A DNA stretch of 63,767 nucleotides, the filler included, from Octopus bimaculoides (Eukaryota), in the NCBI RefSeq assembly GCF_001194135.2. It is 7 parts of 6 records of this genome, joined end to end, with 100 filler letters (N's around TTAATTAATTAA, not from the genome) between each part and the next. Parts side by side here need not be neighbours in the genome. Positions count along the whole stretch, not along the records: positions 44,312 to 61,175 come from NC_069000.1; positions 61,276 to 62,576 come from NW_026351527.1; positions 62,677 to 63,767 come from NW_026366848.1; 4 more parts are not named here. The stretch is one strand, 5' to 3'. How positions within the stretch are numbered: the first letter of the stretch is position 1; every line of letters starts with the position of its first letter. The notes under the pieces were generated by a model that worked only from the letters and a program-made list of their open reading frames with translations, made no database searches and had not been told where the DNA came from. This document shows, piece after piece, positions 60,704 to 63,767 of this stretch. The translations under genes were made by a program, and so were the position numbers.

Positions 60704-61175
60704 CATCATCATCATCATCATCATCATCATCGTTTAAACGTCCGCTTTCCATGCTAGCATGGGTTGGACGATTTGATTGAGGACTGGTGAAACTGGATGG
60801 CAACACTAGGCTCCAGTCTAATTTGGCAGAGTTTCTACAGCTGGATGCCCTTCCTAACGCCAACCACTCAGAGAGTGTAGTGGCTGCTTTTACGTGTCAC
60901 CCGTACGAAAACGGCCACGCTCAAAATGGTGTTTTTATGTGCCACCTGCACAAGAGCCAGTCCAGGGGCACTGGCAACGATCTCGCTCGAAAACCCTACA
61001 AAGGCCAGTCAGGCGGTACTGGCAACTGTCACGCTCTAGATGGTACATCTTATGTGCCACCCGCACAAGAGCCAGTCCAGGGGCACTGGCAACGATCTCA
61101 CTTGGCTTGCCAGGTCTTCTCACGCACAGCACATTTCCAAAGGTCTCGGTCAGTTGTCATCGCCTCGGTAAGGCC
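60704..61175 (-). mobile_element. Family C copy with internal ~40-55-bp tandem subrepeats
   Basis: (cat)n-cgtttaaacgtccgctttcc...; gtgccacc..gcacaagagccagtccaggggcactggcaacgatctc occurs twice. Confidence 0.85.
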
Positions 61176-61325
61176 NNNNNNNNNNNNNNNNNNNNNNNNN
61201 NNNNNNNNNNNNNNNNNNNTTAATTAATTAANNNNNNNNNNNNNNNNNNNNNNNNNNNNNNNNNNNNNNNNNNNNAGAAGAAGAAGAAGAAGAAGAAGAA
61301 GAAGAAGAAGACGAAGAAGAAGAAC

Positions 61326-61540
61326 GATCCTTTCCACTGGATGCACAAGGCCTCAAATCTGGAGGAAGGAATTAAGTCGATTACATCGGCCCCAGTGCAT
61401 AACTGGTACTTATTTAATAGACCCCGAAAGGATGAAAGTCAAAGTGGACCTCAGAGGAATTTGAACACAGTATGTAGCGACAGACGAAATACCGCTAAGC
61501 ATTTCGTCCACCGCAATAACGATTATGCCATCTGACCGCC
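61326..61540 (-). mobile_element. SINE A (tail type 2), next to an (AAG)n tract
   Basis: gcacaaggcc...aagtcgattacatcg...actggtactt...gaaaggatgaaag...cagacgaaataccgctaagcatttcg. Confidence 0.75.
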
Positions 61541-61782
61541 TTAATAATAATAACAATAACAATAATAACCATAATAATAATAATAATAATAGTAAGTAGC
61601 TGGGACAATAGCGAAATATATTCACTAATAAAACACAGACATTTAAATGGATAGGGTTTTTCTAAGCATGTGGACAGTACTTCTCTGCACAATCTTTTAG
61701 ATTTCTCAGAGTCATGGTTCTCCTGGAATGATATCTAGATATTTCAGACATCTCATTTTTATCAGAAATTGGGCACCTAAAA

Positions 61783-61846
<64 letters not shown>

Positions 61847-62676
61847 ACTTACAGTATCGAATATTTGTGGTGATAGTCAAGCTGTCTGACTTTTCGATGC
61901 TCGGAGGTTTCTGCCAAATTATAAACGACCCTATTCATTTTATGAGGTACAGTACTATTTATTATAGGGACGCCAATATACTGGCATGAGATATTTTACG
62001 GCCCCAGATGAATGTCAACAAAAAGTCAGTTATAATCTAACGAGAAAAAGGAACTGTGTACAAGGTGGCTGTTGTGTCGAAGGTTATAATGACTCTACAC
62101 GATCACCGCTGTATTTAACACATAAAATTTTTAATCATTTGCATTATAATATTTTATTTCTGGTTGTCATTAAAATAATTTTAGTATTTATGAATAAATC
62201 CATGAAAGATAAAGATGTTCCAAGAAATATAAATCAAACAAATTCATAGAAACACACGTTTACACACGAACGTACGCACACACGCACTCACGCATGCATG
62301 CACACACGCTTTGAGACATTGTTGCGTACTAGTAGTAGAAAGAGAATACATTTATATAGTAAAATACACATTATACACAGAAGAAATATTACTTCCCATT
62401 CTCAAAGCCTGTTAGTTATAATGGCTTACAAAATTCATTTACGCCCGGCATAAACCGTGATCCAAACATGCCTAACTGTAAATATTTGTCTTGCGTGGGT
62501 GCATGAGTGTGCCTGCGTGTGACAGATCGTATGTCTGTACATATGTGTGTGCACACACACACACACACACACACATNNNNNNNNNNNNNNNNNNNNNNNN
62601 NNNNNNNNNNNNNNNNNNNNTTAATTAATTAANNNNNNNNNNNNNNNNNNNNNNNNNNNNNNNNNNNNNNNNNNNN

Positions 62677-63767
62677 CCACTAAACAGAGGATTCCAAGGG
62701 GGCAAACACAAACCAAGACAGGAAAACAACTACTTCATGTTTGACAATACTTTCTACCGACAAAAATCCGGAATTGCTATGAGCACTAGGGCAGCTCCAG
62801 TCATTGCGAACCTAACAATGGGTTACTTGGAAATAATAATATACCAGGAATCTTTATCTACCTTTGGAAACACCCTTTCCCAATACATAAAAGAAAATTG
62901 GGGAAGGTTCCTGGACGACTGTTTCATACTCTGGAATGAAAACACAGATGAACTCTTGAAATTCAAAAGTCTATTGAACAGTGTCAACCCAAACATACAG
63001 TTCACAATGGAATACAACCAAAAGGAGCTCTCATTCTTGGATATACTAATTAAAAATGTAAACCTAAAATAGAAACGGACATATTTTACAAAACCACAGA
63101 CGCCAAATAATATCTACTATTTGATTCATGCCACCCAAGACACACCAAAACAAACATCTCCTTCAACCTTGCAAGAAGGATATGCACAATAGTGTTAGAA
63201 CAAAATACTAGTGACTATAGACTACAAGAACTCAAAAACACACTAATTGACAGACACTACCCAGTTCAACTCATAGAGGATGGAATCAGACGTGCATCAC
63301 AAATCGACATAGAAAACTTAAGAAAAGTTAAATACAGCAACACACCTTCCCCGAAAATACTGCCATACATATCCACAGGCAACCCCAGAAACAAAGAAGC
63401 CTTCACCATCATCACCCAAAACATACCAATGCTACATAAGGACCCCAAATTAAAGGAAATTTTACACACACAAAATCATTAAAAGCTACAAACAACCAAA
63501 ATCACTGAAAAAGATCCTCACAAAGGCAAAATCATTTTCCAAAATAACAGATGCAAAAGTGAAAAAATGTGGTCGATCAAATTGCGCAACATGCCCAAAC
63601 CTAGAAGGTTCAGAATTCCTCTTCAAAGAGGGACAAAAATTCAAAGTTAAATCTGACTTTACTTGTGCTTCAGAAAACCTTATTTATATAATAAGATGCT
63701 CGGGCTGCCACGAAAAGTACATAGGGTCCACAGGATTAACGCTCAGACGCAGATGCACTCTGCATCG
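62677..63767 (+). pseudogene. Penelope-like element (PLE-5): RT core, thumb, Cys linker and GIY-YIG, running off the window end
   Basis: FDNTFYRQKSGIAMSTRAAPVIANLTMG...WGRFLDDCF...IQFTME...LSFLD / ...SCHPRHTK...YP / KKCGRSNCATC...FTCASENLIYIIRCSGCHEKYIGSTGLTLRRR. At least two frameshifts and one stop. Confidence 0.92.

Noticed and set aside
60930-61110. Repeat-spacer-like pattern (CRISPR-like)
   Set aside because: These are tandem subrepeats of the RTE/family C 3' UTR; eukaryotic context, no regular unique spacers.

Overview
AT-rich, microsatellite-dense eukaryotic scaffold with many N gaps. The SINE repertoire and repeat style point to an octopus/coleoid cephalopod genome (inference). No intact protein-coding gene is supportable; one weak terminal-exon candidate lies at ~60.2 kb. 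The window is a mosaic of decayed mobile DNA: five Penelope-like element (PLE) fragments, RTE/CR1/Tx1/R4-type LINE remnants, several SINE families, Tc1/mariner elements (near full-length Tc1, DD34D, DD41D), hAT- and piggyBac-like MITEs, and a solo LTR. The main hidden signal is a set of type I hammerhead ribozyme (HHR) motifs. Three lie directly downstream of PLE GIY-YIG ORF ends. One family occurs twice (16.9 and 43.7 kb) with compensatory base changes. In two short fold-back elements an inverted copy of the ribozyme 3' half starts at the GAAA core. Two SINE tails match the 3' ends of LINEs present in the window (Tx1/L1-like and CR1-like). All folds and alignments were done by eye.
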